A DNA stretch of 64,000 nucleotides from Octopus sinensis (lineage: Eukaryota): assembly GCF_006345805.1 (NCBI RefSeq), contig NC_043001.1:21514001-21578000 (forward strand), given 5' to 3'. Below the pieces are notes generated by a model. It was not told where the DNA came from and searched no databases. It saw only the letters and a program-made list of their open reading frames with translations. Of this stretch, positions 12,930 to 24,875 are shown piece after piece. Position numbers and translations under genes: made by a program. The number at the start of each line of letters is the position of its first letter. The first letter of the stretch is position 1.

Positions 12930-13496
12930 TACCCCTGTAAAAAACCTGAAATTTTGGGGGAGGGGACTGGTCGATTACATCGACCCAAGTGCGTAACTGG
13001 TACTTATTTAATCGACTCCGAAAGGATGAAAGGCAAAAATCGACTTCGGCGGAATTTAACTCAGAAAATAGTGACAGACGAAATACCTATTTCTTTACTA
13101 TCCACAATGGCTAAACACAGAAGGGACAAACAAGGACAGACACACGGATTAAGTCGATTATATCGACACCAGTGCGTAACTGCTACTTATTTAATCGACC
13201 CCGAAAGGATGAAAGGCAAAGTCGACCTCGGTGGAATTTGAACTCAGAACGTAACGGCGGACGAAATACCTATTTTTTTACTACCCACAAGGGGCTAAAT
13301 ACAGAGAGGACAAACGAGGATAGACAAACGGATTAAGTCGATTACATCGACCCCAGTGCGTAACTGATACTTAATTTATCGACCCCAAAAGGATGAAAGG
13401 TAAAGTCGACCTTGGCGGAATTTGAACTCGGAACGTAACGGCAGACGACATACTGCTAAGCATTTCGTCCAGCGCGCTAGCGATTCTGCCAGCTCG

Positions 13497-13497
<1 letters not shown>
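12930..13497 (-). mobile_element. SINE family A, trimeric tandem array
   Basis: One head and three body units; two junctions read tail-AAATA|GGTATTTCGTC. Confidence 0.85.
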
Positions 13498-13577
<80 letters not shown>

Positions 13578-13605
13578 AATAATAATGATAATAATAATAA
13601 TTAGG

Positions 13606-13833
13606 CATAATAAAAAATATTCAGACAAATACATAACAAAAACATCAGGACTTACAAACACATATAACATACAGAAAATTGCACTACTAGGCACTGCACA
13701 CATCCTACGCAGAACACTTTCCATACAAAAACCTTCAGAGCATCACAACAAATCCCAGCACATACCCAAGGCACACAGAGCTGCGCTCGGTAGTGTAGTG
13801 AAAGCACACTATAAAAATAAAACTACTGAATAA
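13606..13833 (+). mobile_element. R4/Dong-type (RLE) retrotransposon 3' fragment within (TAA)n
   Basis: NIQKIALLGTAHILRRTLSIQ is the conserved RLE-element C-terminus; (TAA)n on both sides. Confidence 0.75.
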
Positions 13834-14024
13834 TAATAATAATTATAATTGGTAGATTGGAAATAATAACAAAAAACTATGCCGATAAATATATGTGAGA
13901 GTCATTAGGACTTCCAAATATTCACATTATGTAAAAACAAAATCCTGATAGACATTGCCGACAGAGCACTTTCAATACAATAAACTGTGCACGTAGAATA
14001 CTTTCAATATAATAAAGTTATAAA

Positions 14025-14236
14025 GCAGCGAGTTGGCAGAATCGTTAGCACGCCGGAGAAAATGCTTAGCAGCATTTCATCCGTCTTTATGATCCGAGTT
14101 CAAATACCGACGAAGTTGACTTTGCCTTTCATCCTTTCGGGGTCAATAAAATAAGTACTAGTTGAGCACAGAGGTCGATGCAATCGACTTAACCCCTCCC
14201 CGCAAAACTGCTGGCATTATGCCAAAATTTGAAACC
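14025..14236 (+). mobile_element. SINE family A, parental form without the Tx1 tail
   Basis: Ends ...CCCCGCAAAACTGCTGGCATTATGCCAAAATTTGAAACC. Confidence 0.8.
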
Positions 14237-14750
14237 ACTATAATAGAATAATACAGACCGGAAAAAAAGCTGCATATATCCAGAGATGTGCTCAGTTGTG
14301 CGTGCCGTGGAAGTCCAGTAGAAATAAGGCAATTGAATAATAATAACTTCCGTAGTGCTCACTACTTTGATGATGATGTCGTTCATTTAAGCCAACACTA
14401 CATTCCCGCGTTTCAGCTCGAACAGGATGCTCCTCAGCACTTCTAGATTGCACTGCTATGGCTTCACTTCCAAAATGTGCAAGAGCAATAGCAGTGAACT
14501 ACTGTGACAGACAAAACATATGATTCAATACAATTTCTGTAGGTGGCCCCTGATCAGATGCTGCTGTACATTAAAGCAATTCAGCTCCCGAAAAAGAGTT
14601 TGAAACCCCCTCCAAATATCGATGGCCGACACTTTCGAAATCTCTGATGCCATTCTAGTCCTCTATCAGCACTAACGGAAGAGGCGTTCCCAAGAACGAC
14701 TCTAGACATTTGAAGAGGATCAGCAGTTATTCCACAGTTGGTACTTAAAC

Positions 14751-14960
14751 GGTGGCGGTGGTGGCGGCGGCAGCGGCGGCAGCGGCGGCAGCGGCGGCAG
14801 CGGCGGCAGCGGCGGCAGCGGCGGCAGCGGCGGCGGCGGCGGCAGCGGCGGCAGCGGCGGCAGCGGCGGCGGCGGCGATGGTGGTGGTGGTGGTGGCGGC
14901 GGCGGTGGTGGTGGTGGTGGTGGTGGTGATGATGAGGATGATGATGATGTTGGTGGTGGC
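14751..14960. repeat. GC-rich (GGCGGCAGC)n/(GGT)n/(GAT)n trinucleotide tract
   Basis: Direct sequence. Confidence 0.9.
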
Positions 14961-15536
14961 TGATTGATGAGCTTTCCGGTGTACCGTCTTATCTTTCCAG
15001 CATTCAAATTGCTGATTTGAGGACTTGATTCAGGCATTTTCGGAACATGGAAAAGTTCTGACATTCACAAAATTCAAACCATTTTTTTTTACCTGTTGCC
15101 GCTTGACATCCTGCATTGCCAGACAACAGCCATCCTCAATATCTCTTAAACAACTCGAACCAAATTATCAGGTGTTTCCTTACCAATCACTCAACAATGA
15201 TCCCCAAGAAAATTCCTACTCTCCCTTTTCTGCTGGTAATCTATAAATTTCCTCCGAAATACTGCCTAACAAGAAAGCTGGACATTTACAATAACAGCAA
15301 AAACCCTTCAGGGTAGGCGCAGGCTGTGCGGTTAAGAAAGAAGTTCCTATGGAAACTACGTGATTTCGGATTCAGTTCCACCGCATGGCTCTTTGGGCAG
15401 ATGTTTTCTACTATCACTCCGGGCCGACTAATGTCTTGAGAGTAAATTTGGTAGACGGAAACTGAATGGAAGCCCTCCCATCCTATGATCGTTACCTTTA
15501 AGCTGGCGAATAAAAAAAGCTGGTTTTGAATGATAC

Positions 15537-15577
15537 ATATTCATTAATAAATTTCCTGGAAATTTATTAATGAATAT
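15537..15577. repeat. Perfect 41-bp palindrome (20-bp arms, 1-nt spacer)
   Basis: ATATTCATTAATAAATTTCC-T-GGAAATTTATTAATGAATAT. Confidence 0.9.
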
Positions 15578-16489
15578 CTTCTCAGGATCATCGAATAGTC
15601 TACGAAGGACATTATGAAACCAGGCAGACTTGACCAATTGAGCTAACGATTACGATCTCCCGAAAGGTAGTGGTGGTGGCGGCGGCGGTGCTGGAACAAT
15701 AATACAAAAACCGGACAATTTCGTATTCTAAAACTTAGCCATAGATAAGGGCAAGATGTCTATCTGTTCTAAGCGTGTAAGAACAGAAAAGTTGGGAATT
15801 AAAAGATAAATGAATATTTTTGACATAGTCAAAAATTACCCAGAAATCATTGTAATTTGTCTTGGCATCGATTGCCAGCGGACACATGCTGCTGACGAAG
15901 TTCCAAAAAGCAGAAATGCGCATCTAGCAATACCAACACAGCTACTGCACGACTTTTGTCTTTTACTGACATATTTCTGTATTATTTAACACATTACACC
16001 CCCAAGACATATTATCTCCGAACGAATACCGCAGGCGATGCAAAAATATTATTTATGCTTTCAATACATTTTTGATACAAGCCATAGCAGAAAGTATTGT
16101 ACTGGAGTGTGATAGAACTAAATTCTTTGAACTGCAATACTAGAAATCTACAAATTAACTTATTACATACTGCACAATAAATCTAACACACAACGGCTGT
16201 ATAACCTTTGAGGAGAATATAAGGGAGGACGGACTTTTGAGTGTTTGGGAAGAATATAAAAAGGTAATGATTAAAGCCATCCGCCATCTTCCCAACTTAC
16301 AAAACAATGATCGAACAAAGTAATAAATCGATTATATCTGTAGCAACATAATTCCCACAAAAAAATAGGACTGGACATCGAATGGAGAAAGCCTAAACGT
16401 CAAACAGCAACAGAAAGTGACGTTGTGTTGGTACTGAAGCCAAGCCCAGTAAACGGCCATAAAAATTTGCCTATACATACTATTTTACT

Positions 16490-16712
16490 GTTTTACTTGG
16501 TTCAGTCATTTGATAGCGACCATGCTGGAGCACCGACTTTAGTCGAGCAAATCGACCCCAGGACTTATTCTTTGTTTAGCCTGGTACTTATTCTATCGAT
16601 CTCTTTTGCCGAACCGCTAAGTTACGGGAACGCAAACACACCAGCATCGGTTGTCAAGCAATGTTGGGGGGACAAACACACACACACACAAACATACACA
16701 CACACACACACA

Positions 16713-16773
<61 letters not shown>

Positions 16774-16953
16774 TATATATATATATATACGACGGGCTTC
16801 CTTCAGTTTCTGTCTGCCAAATCCATTCACAAGTTTTTGGTCGGCTCGAGGCTATAACAGAAGACACTTGCCCAAAGTGCCACGCAGTGGGACTGAACCC
16901 AGAACCATGTGGTTGGTAAGCAAGCTACTTGCCACACAGTCACTCTTGCGCCT
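16490..16953 (-). mobile_element. SINE family B
   Basis: Full head, internal (CA)n/(TA)n and tail. Confidence 0.85.
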
Positions 16954-17714
16954 ACTGTTACACTTTTTTTTTTTATCGATTCCGGAATGATGAAAATTAC
17001 AGTCGACAACGATGAGATTTGAACTCAGAACATAAATGGATGTGACTAAGTTAATTTAGCGCTTTTGTTTCTGTAATTATCCAATGTTAATTATATTCTG
17101 ATGGCTTCTCCTTTCAAAACTTTCGTTTTTATTAAAATCTTCCATAAGCGATTTTATCAAAATTATTTTGTAAAATTTGAAAAATAGAAAACTGTCATGT
17201 CTCAGATATCCAATCATAGATACTTTAGAATATCTATTTATGATAAGCTGCCTTCTCTTTCTGTTCTCTGCACTTCCCTGCCCAATATCTGTCCCCTTCT
17301 TCTCACTGTTATCTCTAATATATTTTTGAGGTTTCGTAAATTCTCATCTGTTTTAAAATTTAACATTCGATTTGATATGTTGACATCTAAAAGTCGCGTA
17401 TTTTGTTATGGAGACACGGGCTGTCATTTTCTGACAATATTGGATGTGTTAGCTGTTCATGAGAAATTCGAAACTTTAGCTCCTCCCTTTACTACGGTTA
17501 TGGAACATTTAAAGTGAAAAGTGTATTGTTTTACCTATTGCGTTCAAAATATTTATCGTAACTAATGAATATCCCACTCAAACTGCTGTGGCTTAAATTA
17601 CTACATTGTTTGTTTGGGATTGAGTGTTCATGTACATTGTGGCAACATTATTGAAGTATTGAGCTACGTTTACAAATATATCATATCTAATACGTACATG
17701 CATGCATGCATACG

Positions 17715-17789
<75 letters not shown>

Positions 17790-17832
17790 TATAATTAGAT
17801 TTATAAATAAGGATAATATCGATATTTAAATA

Positions 17833-18131
17833 TAGATCTTATCAAGTGGCCAGCATGGGAATAGATACCATACAAAGGTAATAATTATTTAAAACTATAA
17901 ATTAGGATATCTGAGAGATACCACCATGCTGAAATAGCAGTCAAAACCCCGACCCTAAAACCACCTTAAATGTTCATATCGGGCGATATGAACATTTAAG
18001 GTGGTTTTAGGGTCAGGGTTTTGACTGCTATTTCAGCATGGTGGTATCTCTCAGATATCCTAATTTATAGTTTTAAATATTATTACCTTTGTATGGTATC
18101 TATTCCCATGCTGGCCACTTGATAAGATCTA
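17833..18131. repeat. 299-bp near-perfect palindrome
   Basis: Arms 17833-17981 and 17984-18131 with a GG spacer; one substitution and one 1-nt indel. Confidence 0.92.
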
Positions 18132-18195
18132 CCTAATTTATAGTTATATATATATATATATTATATATATATATAGATATAGATATATATATATA

Positions 18196-18460
18196 ACGGG
18201 AAGCTTTATGAAAATAGACAAAAGACGAAGGCAGGTGGAAAACAAACAAACAATTGTATTAGTATGGCGCTCAGGAAATATAAATAAAACAAGTCTTTAA
18301 CGTTTCGAGCCTACGCTCTTCAACAGAAAGATACACAGAGAAAAAAACACAGAAAGAAGGAGAGAAAATAAATGCGTGCAGTAACTAACGAATCAACATG
18401 GCGATCTGATTTCGGCCAGAAGTCAAAGATCAAACATGAGACGCGAGAGCGAAATTAGGG
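18196..18460 (-). mobile_element. PLE-like terminus with short hammerhead motif (18295-18330)
   Basis: Minus strand: CUUU-CUGUUGA-A-GAGC gtag GCUC-GAA-ACGU-U/AAAG; 3' end runs into (TA)n. Confidence 0.7.
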
Positions 18461-18496
18461 GAGGTAATAGGGTTGAGTGACCTGCTCCAACATAAG

Positions 18497-18589
18497 GGTG
18501 TGTGTGTGTGTGTGTATGAGAGAGTATTGGTGCGTATGAGAGGTCTGGACGTGTGTATGTATAGGGTTGGTGTATGTATTAGTATGTAT

Positions 18590-18626
<37 letters not shown>

Positions 18627-18995
18627 AGAGAGTATTAGTGCGTATGAGAGGTCTGGACGTGTATATGTATAGGGTTGGTGTATGTATTAGTATGTATTAG
18701 TATGTATTAGTATGTATAATGGTGTGTGTGTGTGTATGAGAGAGTATTAGTGCGTATGAGAGGTCTGGACGTGTGTATGTATAGGGTTGGTGTATGTATT
18801 AGTATGTATTAGTATGTATTAGTATGTATAAGGGTGTATGTGTGTGTGTGTGTATGAGAGAGTATTAGTGCGTATGAGAGGTCTGGACGTGTGTATGTAT
18901 AGGGTTGGTGTGTGTATTAGTATGTATTAGTATGTATTAGTATGTATTAGTGTGTATTAGTATGCATTAGTATGTATTAGTATGTGTTAGTTGGT
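18497..18995. repeat. Minisatellite, about 4 units of 90-110 bp, followed by a polypurine tract to about 19290
   Basis: Recurrent GAGAGAGTATT(A/G)GTGCGTATGAGAGGTCTGGACGTG unit with variable (TG)n and (TATTAGTATG)n. Confidence 0.9.
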
Positions 18996-19384
18996 GTATG
19001 TATTAGTATGGCACATCATATATGATGTGATGTGTAAAGTCGTGTGGTGTAGTGTGGAGAGAGGAGAAGAGGGGGAGGGCAGGAGGGGGAGGAAGGAGGA
19101 AAGAGGGAGAGTGGGAGAGAGAAGGGGAGTGAGGGAGCAGAGGGAAGGGGAAGAGGGAATGAGGGGGGAGAAAGAGGGAAGAAGGGAAGGGGAGTAGGGG
19201 TGAAAGGATGAAGGACTGAAGAAGTAGGGGTCGGGGGGGAAGGTGGGTGAGGATGGGGGAGAGGGGGGTTAGATGAGGAGGGGGGAGAGTTGAGACCAAA
19301 TGGCGTATAAGAGCGTCCAATAATACTTTATTTGTTCCACGTCCTCGCGTTGGTGTGTTTTTTTGTGTTTTCTTGTTTGGATTA

Positions 19385-19428
<44 letters not shown>

Positions 19429-19685
19429 GATAATAAGGGTAGAAAATGATATTAATCAATTAAAACCAGTGTCTTAGCATATTGAAAAAAAAAAACGAAG
19501 ATTAAAAATTGTGTTACATATAAAATAAGTGGAATGACAACTAAAGTGGGCACCTAATATGCTAAACATAGACGTCAAATTACCATTACCACGAAGAATA
19601 TTTTCTCAAGAAAAATCTCAGCAAAAACGCCGAAATGTCAAAATGAGCAAGACAAATGAAAATCTGCGAAATAAAAAACGATTAC

Positions 19686-19759
19686 CTACGTACCAATGGT
19701 TTCACTTGTTAATATCTACGTATGCAAACACGTAGATATCTGCAAGATCGTCAGCGTAG
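19686..19759 (-). ncRNA. Type-I hammerhead ribozyme motif
   Basis: Stem I CUACG/CGUAG, CUGACGA, long stem II (CUUG/CAAG, AUAUCUACGU/ACGUAGAUAU), GAA, stem III ACCA-U-UGGU, GUA triplet. Confidence 0.75.
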
Positions 19760-19786
19760 TCTGACGCTTACAAAACAATATATATA

Positions 19787-19829
<43 letters not shown>

Positions 19830-20009
19830 CACACACACTTGGACTTTACTCATAGGGTATTGGAATATTACATATATACCATTCTGCATAAAAAATGTAT
19901 TTACAACTTCAATATCCATACATATCTTGCATCTATTTTCTTTCCTATACCTCGCTCTCTGTTTTATATCACGTCTAAACTAACTATGACTTAATCATCC
20001 TCTCACACC

Positions 20010-20061
20010 GTCGCCGATGAAGGGATATAATTAATAACTATCCTGGAAACAGCTGTAAGAC
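20010..20061 (+). ncRNA. Degenerate hammerhead motif
   Basis: GUCG-CCGAUGA-AGGGAUA..UAUCCUG-GAA-ACAGCUGU-A/AGAC; core U4 changed to C. Confidence 0.5.
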
Positions 20062-20128
20062 CTTCTATCTATAAATGTTCTAATATCTACACAGCCTTGG
20101 TTTTTTATCTCATTACGCAAAAAATTCT

Positions 20129-20173
<45 letters not shown>

Positions 20174-20189
20174 ATACTCCTATCTTTAA

Positions 20190-20432
20190 AAGAACTTTTT
20201 CTTCACCCATTCCCTTCTGATCATTTCAATATGTGACCGCGTGTGTATCGTTAGCGATTTTCTTTCTCCGTCTTCCCTTCATTGGATCTTTCCTTATTCT
20301 ATGTTTCTGACGAAGAGCTCCGTTCAAAACGTTAAACCCTCATTCTTTCCTTTCCTGCGCGTCCAATAACACTATACTTGTTCCACGTCCTCGCGTTGTT
20401 GTATTTTCTCTTTGTTCATGTTTGGATTAACT
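20190..20432 (+). mobile_element. PLE-like terminus with degenerate hammerhead (20303-20337)
   Basis: GUUU-CUGACGA-A-GAGC ucc GUUC-AAA-ACGU-U/AAAC; ends TTTGGATTAAC+(TA)n, like 19300-19389 and 36129-36340. Confidence 0.65.
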
Positions 20433-20444
20433 ATATATATATAT

Positions 20445-21632
20445 ACTAGCATTAAAGACCCGTCGTTGCCGGGTCATAGTGCTAGTGCATGTATATATGT
20501 GTATATATATGTGTACATATTACATGTACATCTATATATATATACATCTACACATAAAATACAAAATACAAAGTTATATCTTGATATCGCTAGTGATAAC
20601 AATACTCAAAATATATAACAGACTGGAATTGTTAGCCCGTCTCTTGTAATTTCGATCAATTGTATCTTGTCCTCCCTCTTGTATAGAAGTGTGGCTACAA
20701 TCCAGCCTACCTCTACTTCTGGGGAGGAGAGGCATTTTTAATTTTTTCCGGGACGTCCTACGTCCCAGATATAAAGGTAAAAGTAAAATATTTCCACTTT
20801 GTAAGTTCGAGTCGAGTACTCCCTTGCACGCTCCGTTGACTCGAACTTTGCTTCTATTGTGGCGAATTTACCGCCTCTGATTAGATATCTTTCATAGTCG
20901 CACCAAGACACTTTTCGAAGGTGCTTTCCTCCATGTGTTCAAATCTTCTTTTTTCTCTACATTGTATACTTTATAGACAATAGTCTTTTCTTTAATTTGA
21001 TTTTTTTTATTATCCATCTGGACTATTCCATTTCTGCACGCTAATTTTATTTTTAATTTATTCTCATTCATGTGAAACCACTTATCAAAGTTTAAGTCAT
21101 TGATGCAATTTTATACCAATTGCTATTTTTACTTTTGTTATGTTACGATTATATTATACTTTAGTTTGATTTTAATTATTACTTACTACATATAATTCAA
21201 TTGTTATTATTATTTTTATTGTTAAAGTGACAGTATCTGACATAAAATAGAGAAATGTTTTTGTTTCACTTTTAACACGTAATACTGAAATAGTGGAGAA
21301 GATATGATATTGCCATGGGCTCACTCTAGGCAAGAAGTTGAACATTTTTTTTTTTGCCCATGAAACTACATGGACCCTAAGTAAGGCATGTGTAAAATTT
21401 GAATGAAATTGGTTGAGTAGTTCTCAAGTTTTAGGGAATCGTAGTGGAGAAGATATGATATTGCTGTGGGCTCGCCCTAGGCAAAAAGTTCAAAATGTTT
21501 TTGCCGATGACACTCCCCGGACCCTAAGTAAGGCATGTGTAAAATTTGAATGAAATTGGTAGTGTAGTTCTCAAGTTTAAGGGAAACACACAGACAGACA
21601 GACACACATTCTCAGTTTTATATATATAAAAG
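20445..21632 (+). mobile_element. Non-autonomous Helitron-like element with internal 150-bp tandem duplication
   Basis: 5' ACTAG..CCCGTCGTTGCCGGG and 3' ACAGACAGAC..TTTTATATATATA, the same terminal architecture as 32408-32803 and 47291-47655; duplicated unit about 21291-21440 / 21444-21580. Confidence 0.55.
20640..21030 (-). pseudogene. Decayed non-LTR ORF1-like fragment
   Basis: Frameshifted pieces FATIEAKFESTERAREYSTRT / LLLPLYLGRRTS / PEVEVGWIVATLL resemble Tx1-type ORF1 as recalled; not verified by search. Confidence 0.35.
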
Positions 21633-21872
21633 ATATATATATATAAGGATGCTTCGAGTACCTTACCATAAATGAAAGAAAGAAAATATTTATATTTATT
21701 CAAAATATGCTACTGGTTTCAAACCTTTCAAAAGTGATTTAGCCGTGTTGAAAAAGAAAGGAAAATAAATCGAAGTAAATTAATTTTCCATGATATCAGT
21801 TCTGAAAGACCACATGTAATTCTTATAAAATTCGCATTGTGCTGGCAGTTTATTTCCTACTGATGGTTGTTG

Positions 21873-21924
<52 letters not shown>

Positions 21925-22035
21925 ACAGCAGCAGCTCAAGCAGTGGAAGTTATTCTTTGTGATTAATGAGTGACTTATGTGGTGTTGTAGATGATTCTAA
22001 TATCAAAGAACGACTTCCACTGATTGAACTTTTCT

Positions 22036-22074
<39 letters not shown>

Positions 22075-22619
22075 GTCGTATCCATCACAAGAAAGCCAGC
22101 AGCCATCGCCAAATTAATTTTGTTATAAACCGTGCAAGCTATCAGAACTTGTATCAAGAAGAACTAATTCATTTTCCCTTTCCTTAATGCATGACTAAAT
22201 CGTCTCTTAAACTGATTGAAACCGGTAGCATATTCTGATATATATATCACCAGGAAATTTGGCAGTGTGGTCATTCGCCCGCTGACATTTCTGACATTCG
22301 TTGATGCTGCATCGAAGTAACCAAAGAACAAAAGGTCAAAGAAAAAAGAGAAACACGCACTCCACACCAGAGCTAAAAACACCTCATAAAAGTAGGCGGC
22401 CGCCTCTTCGAAAACGTTAGAGGATTAGGGACCGAAACCGGACGTGATTCCTCCTGATGAGGTCCTTAGCCACTGGATCCTATAAAGGAGCTGTTAAGGT
22501 AGCGAACAACGAAGCGTGGAATGGAGGTGTGAGGGTGGGAGGGAGGTGTGGGAGGGAGGTGGGGTGTGGGGTGTGGGGTGTGGGGTGTGGGTGGAGGGGG
22601 TATTAATTAAGAGAGAATG

Positions 22620-22790
22620 TGGGTATCAGCCGGTTTTAAAATGATGTCTTTGCGGCGTCGGAGACATGGAAGAGCGGAGAGTTCAACCGGGGAAATGTTA
22701 AAATGTCGGGGACGCCTGCGAAATTTGAACCGATCCACAACACATTTGCAGATCGATTGCTTGGAAAGGAAAAATAGAAGCGTAGACGAT
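22620..22790 (-). mobile_element. Penelope-like RT N-terminal fragment
   Basis: RHFNISPVELSALPCLRRRKDIILKPAD resembles the PLE motif N(L)S..E..AL..L....DI.IKPADKG. Confidence 0.65.
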
Positions 22791-22802
22791 ACTTTATTCC
22801 AA

Positions 22803-23215
22803 GGAGTGACTGTGTGGTAAGTAGCTTGCTTACCAACCACATGATTCCGGGTTCATTCCCACTGCGTGGCAGCTTGGCCAAGTGTCTTCTACTATAGCTT
22901 CGGGCCGACCAAAGCCTTGTGAGTGGATTTGGTAGACGGAAACTTAAAGAAGCCCGTCGTATATATGTATATATATGTATGTATGTTTGTGTGTATGTGT
23001 TTGTGTGTCTGTGTTTGCACCCCCCCCCAACATCGCTTGACAACCGATGCTGGTGTGTTTACGTCCCTGTAACTTAGCGGTTCGGCAAAACAGACGGATA
23101 GAATAACAACTACGCTTACAAAGAATAAGTCCTGGGTCGATTTACTCGACTAAAGGTGGTGCTCCAGCATGGCCGCAGTCAAATGACTGAAACAAATAAC
23201 AGAGTAAAAGAGAGT
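22803..23215 (+). mobile_element. SINE family B, full length
   Basis: GGAGTGACTGTGTGGTAAG head, GGGTTCATTCCC B-box-like, tail ...GAAACAAATAACAGAGTAAAAGAG. Confidence 0.88.
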
Positions 23216-23366
23216 ATCCAATAAAAACTCTACAAGTTGATTCCAAGCCTAATTATTTCAAAACAAAACGAAATATAATCCTTTTGAAATCACAAATTTG
23301 GCTTTTCAATAGCCCAGAAAGGAGCAAACAATTAAATCTACAGCTGTTGGAACAATCTCTTGTATA

Positions 23367-24037
23367 GGATCTTTTCAGTTTGAACGGCAGTTTTTTAAAA
23401 TAATTTCCACGTAACTAAACACTTTTAAACTTCGTATACTGGTAGAATGTGTTTATAAAACATCTTTTTCTCTTGGCTTTTTTGAGAAAATTCTATAGTT
23501 TGTAAGATATTTGTTGTTTTTTCTTCAATTTCTGCAATTTCAACAAATCAATGACGTCTATTGAGGTGAAAACATCCTGTGCCGTATGAATATGTCCCTC
23601 GTTTAAGAAACAGATTGGGTTTATTTACATTTGTGAAGAAAAAAAGATACCCTTCCCCCCACCCCTAACCCTAACTAACCCTAACCCTAAAACATTGAAA
23701 TGCAATAGATCGATACTAGGGTCATAAGGCGGCGAACTGGCAGAAACGTTAGCACGCCGGGCGAAATGCGTAGCCGTATTTCGTCTGCCGTTACGTTCTG
23801 AGTTCAAATCCCGCCGAGGTCGACTTTGCCTTTCATCCTTTTGGGGTCGATAAATTAAGTACCAGTTACGCACTGGGGTCAATGTAATCGACTCAATCCG
23901 TTAGTCTGTCCTTGTTTGTCCCCTCTATGTTCAGCCCCTTGTGGGTAATAAAGAAACAGATACTAGGGTCATAATTATGGGTGACAATTTCATGTAACAC
24001 CGCTAGAAAAAAACTGCCGTTCAAACCGAAAAGATCC
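23367..24037. mobile_element. MITE (GG-terminal TIRs, 8-bp TSD) interrupted by a SINE
   Basis: TSD CTTGTATA at 23359-23366 and 24038-24045; TIRs as in 11389-11715. Confidence 0.85.
23728..23958 (+). mobile_element. SINE family A monomer with Tx1-like tail
   Basis: 16-bp TSD GATACTAGGGTCATAA at 23712-23727 and 23959-23974. Confidence 0.92.
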
Positions 24038-24875
24038 CTTGTATATTTTGTTGAAGCAACTTTCCACTTTGTTCCAACGCGGCGGTTTTTGGATGCACTC
24101 ACTGACTTAGAAGCTTTCCCTAACCAATTGCAACAGACTTCATCAAAGTGATGTTGACGGGGGATAATCTGCTTACTAGCTCCAAGCTCACATCTTTGCT
24201 CCAATCTTCTGCTTATTAACAAAGACCTCTAAGCAATGGTGAAATCAACGAGATATAGAATAATCGATAAAATTATATAAATACATTTACAATATTAAAC
24301 ATTTTCCTCTCTGCTTTTTAATAACTTTTTTTTCTCTCTCTCTTTCCATACTTCATTATAGTTTACAAATATGTGCTGAAATGTTTGATTAATTTAAATT
24401 ATGTTTATTTCAGAGCAATTTGTTTTGTTTTGTTTTTCTCAATATTTGTTAGAACTAATTCTTGTTTGTAAGCAAACTAATAGATCTTCATTAAAATGAT
24501 AATTTCTCTTTCCTCTTCGCTTCATACTCACTTCCAATTTTTAATATCAATATTTAGTAATTACTTTCAGAATTTTGCAGATTATTTAGAATTCAAGACT
24601 TCCAACCGATTCTCTTGTTATAATATTAATAAATGATTAAATTAATTTGAATCTCTATAACAAACAGGTTTTTAAGAAGTAATCAATGGCAAAATCTTTT
24701 AATGATGACTATAGTGAAATAACCAAATTGGAAGGTATCTTACAATATCACTTGAATACATAAAAAAATATTATTATCTACAACCTTGTGCATTTTTTAA
24801 TACTCTAATCAAGTAAATTTCGACTTATAGTAAAAGGCGAAAGATTTATCAGCTCGGGGTGAAGAGAAACTCAGA

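Noticed and set aside
12930-13497. Tandem SINE units resembling a CRISPR array
   Set aside because: Eukaryotic SINE concatemer; no unique spacers and no cas genes.
14720-15064. Poly-Ala, poly-Pro and poly-Arg ORFs
   Set aside because: Produced by the GGC/GGT repeat; no splice context or domain.
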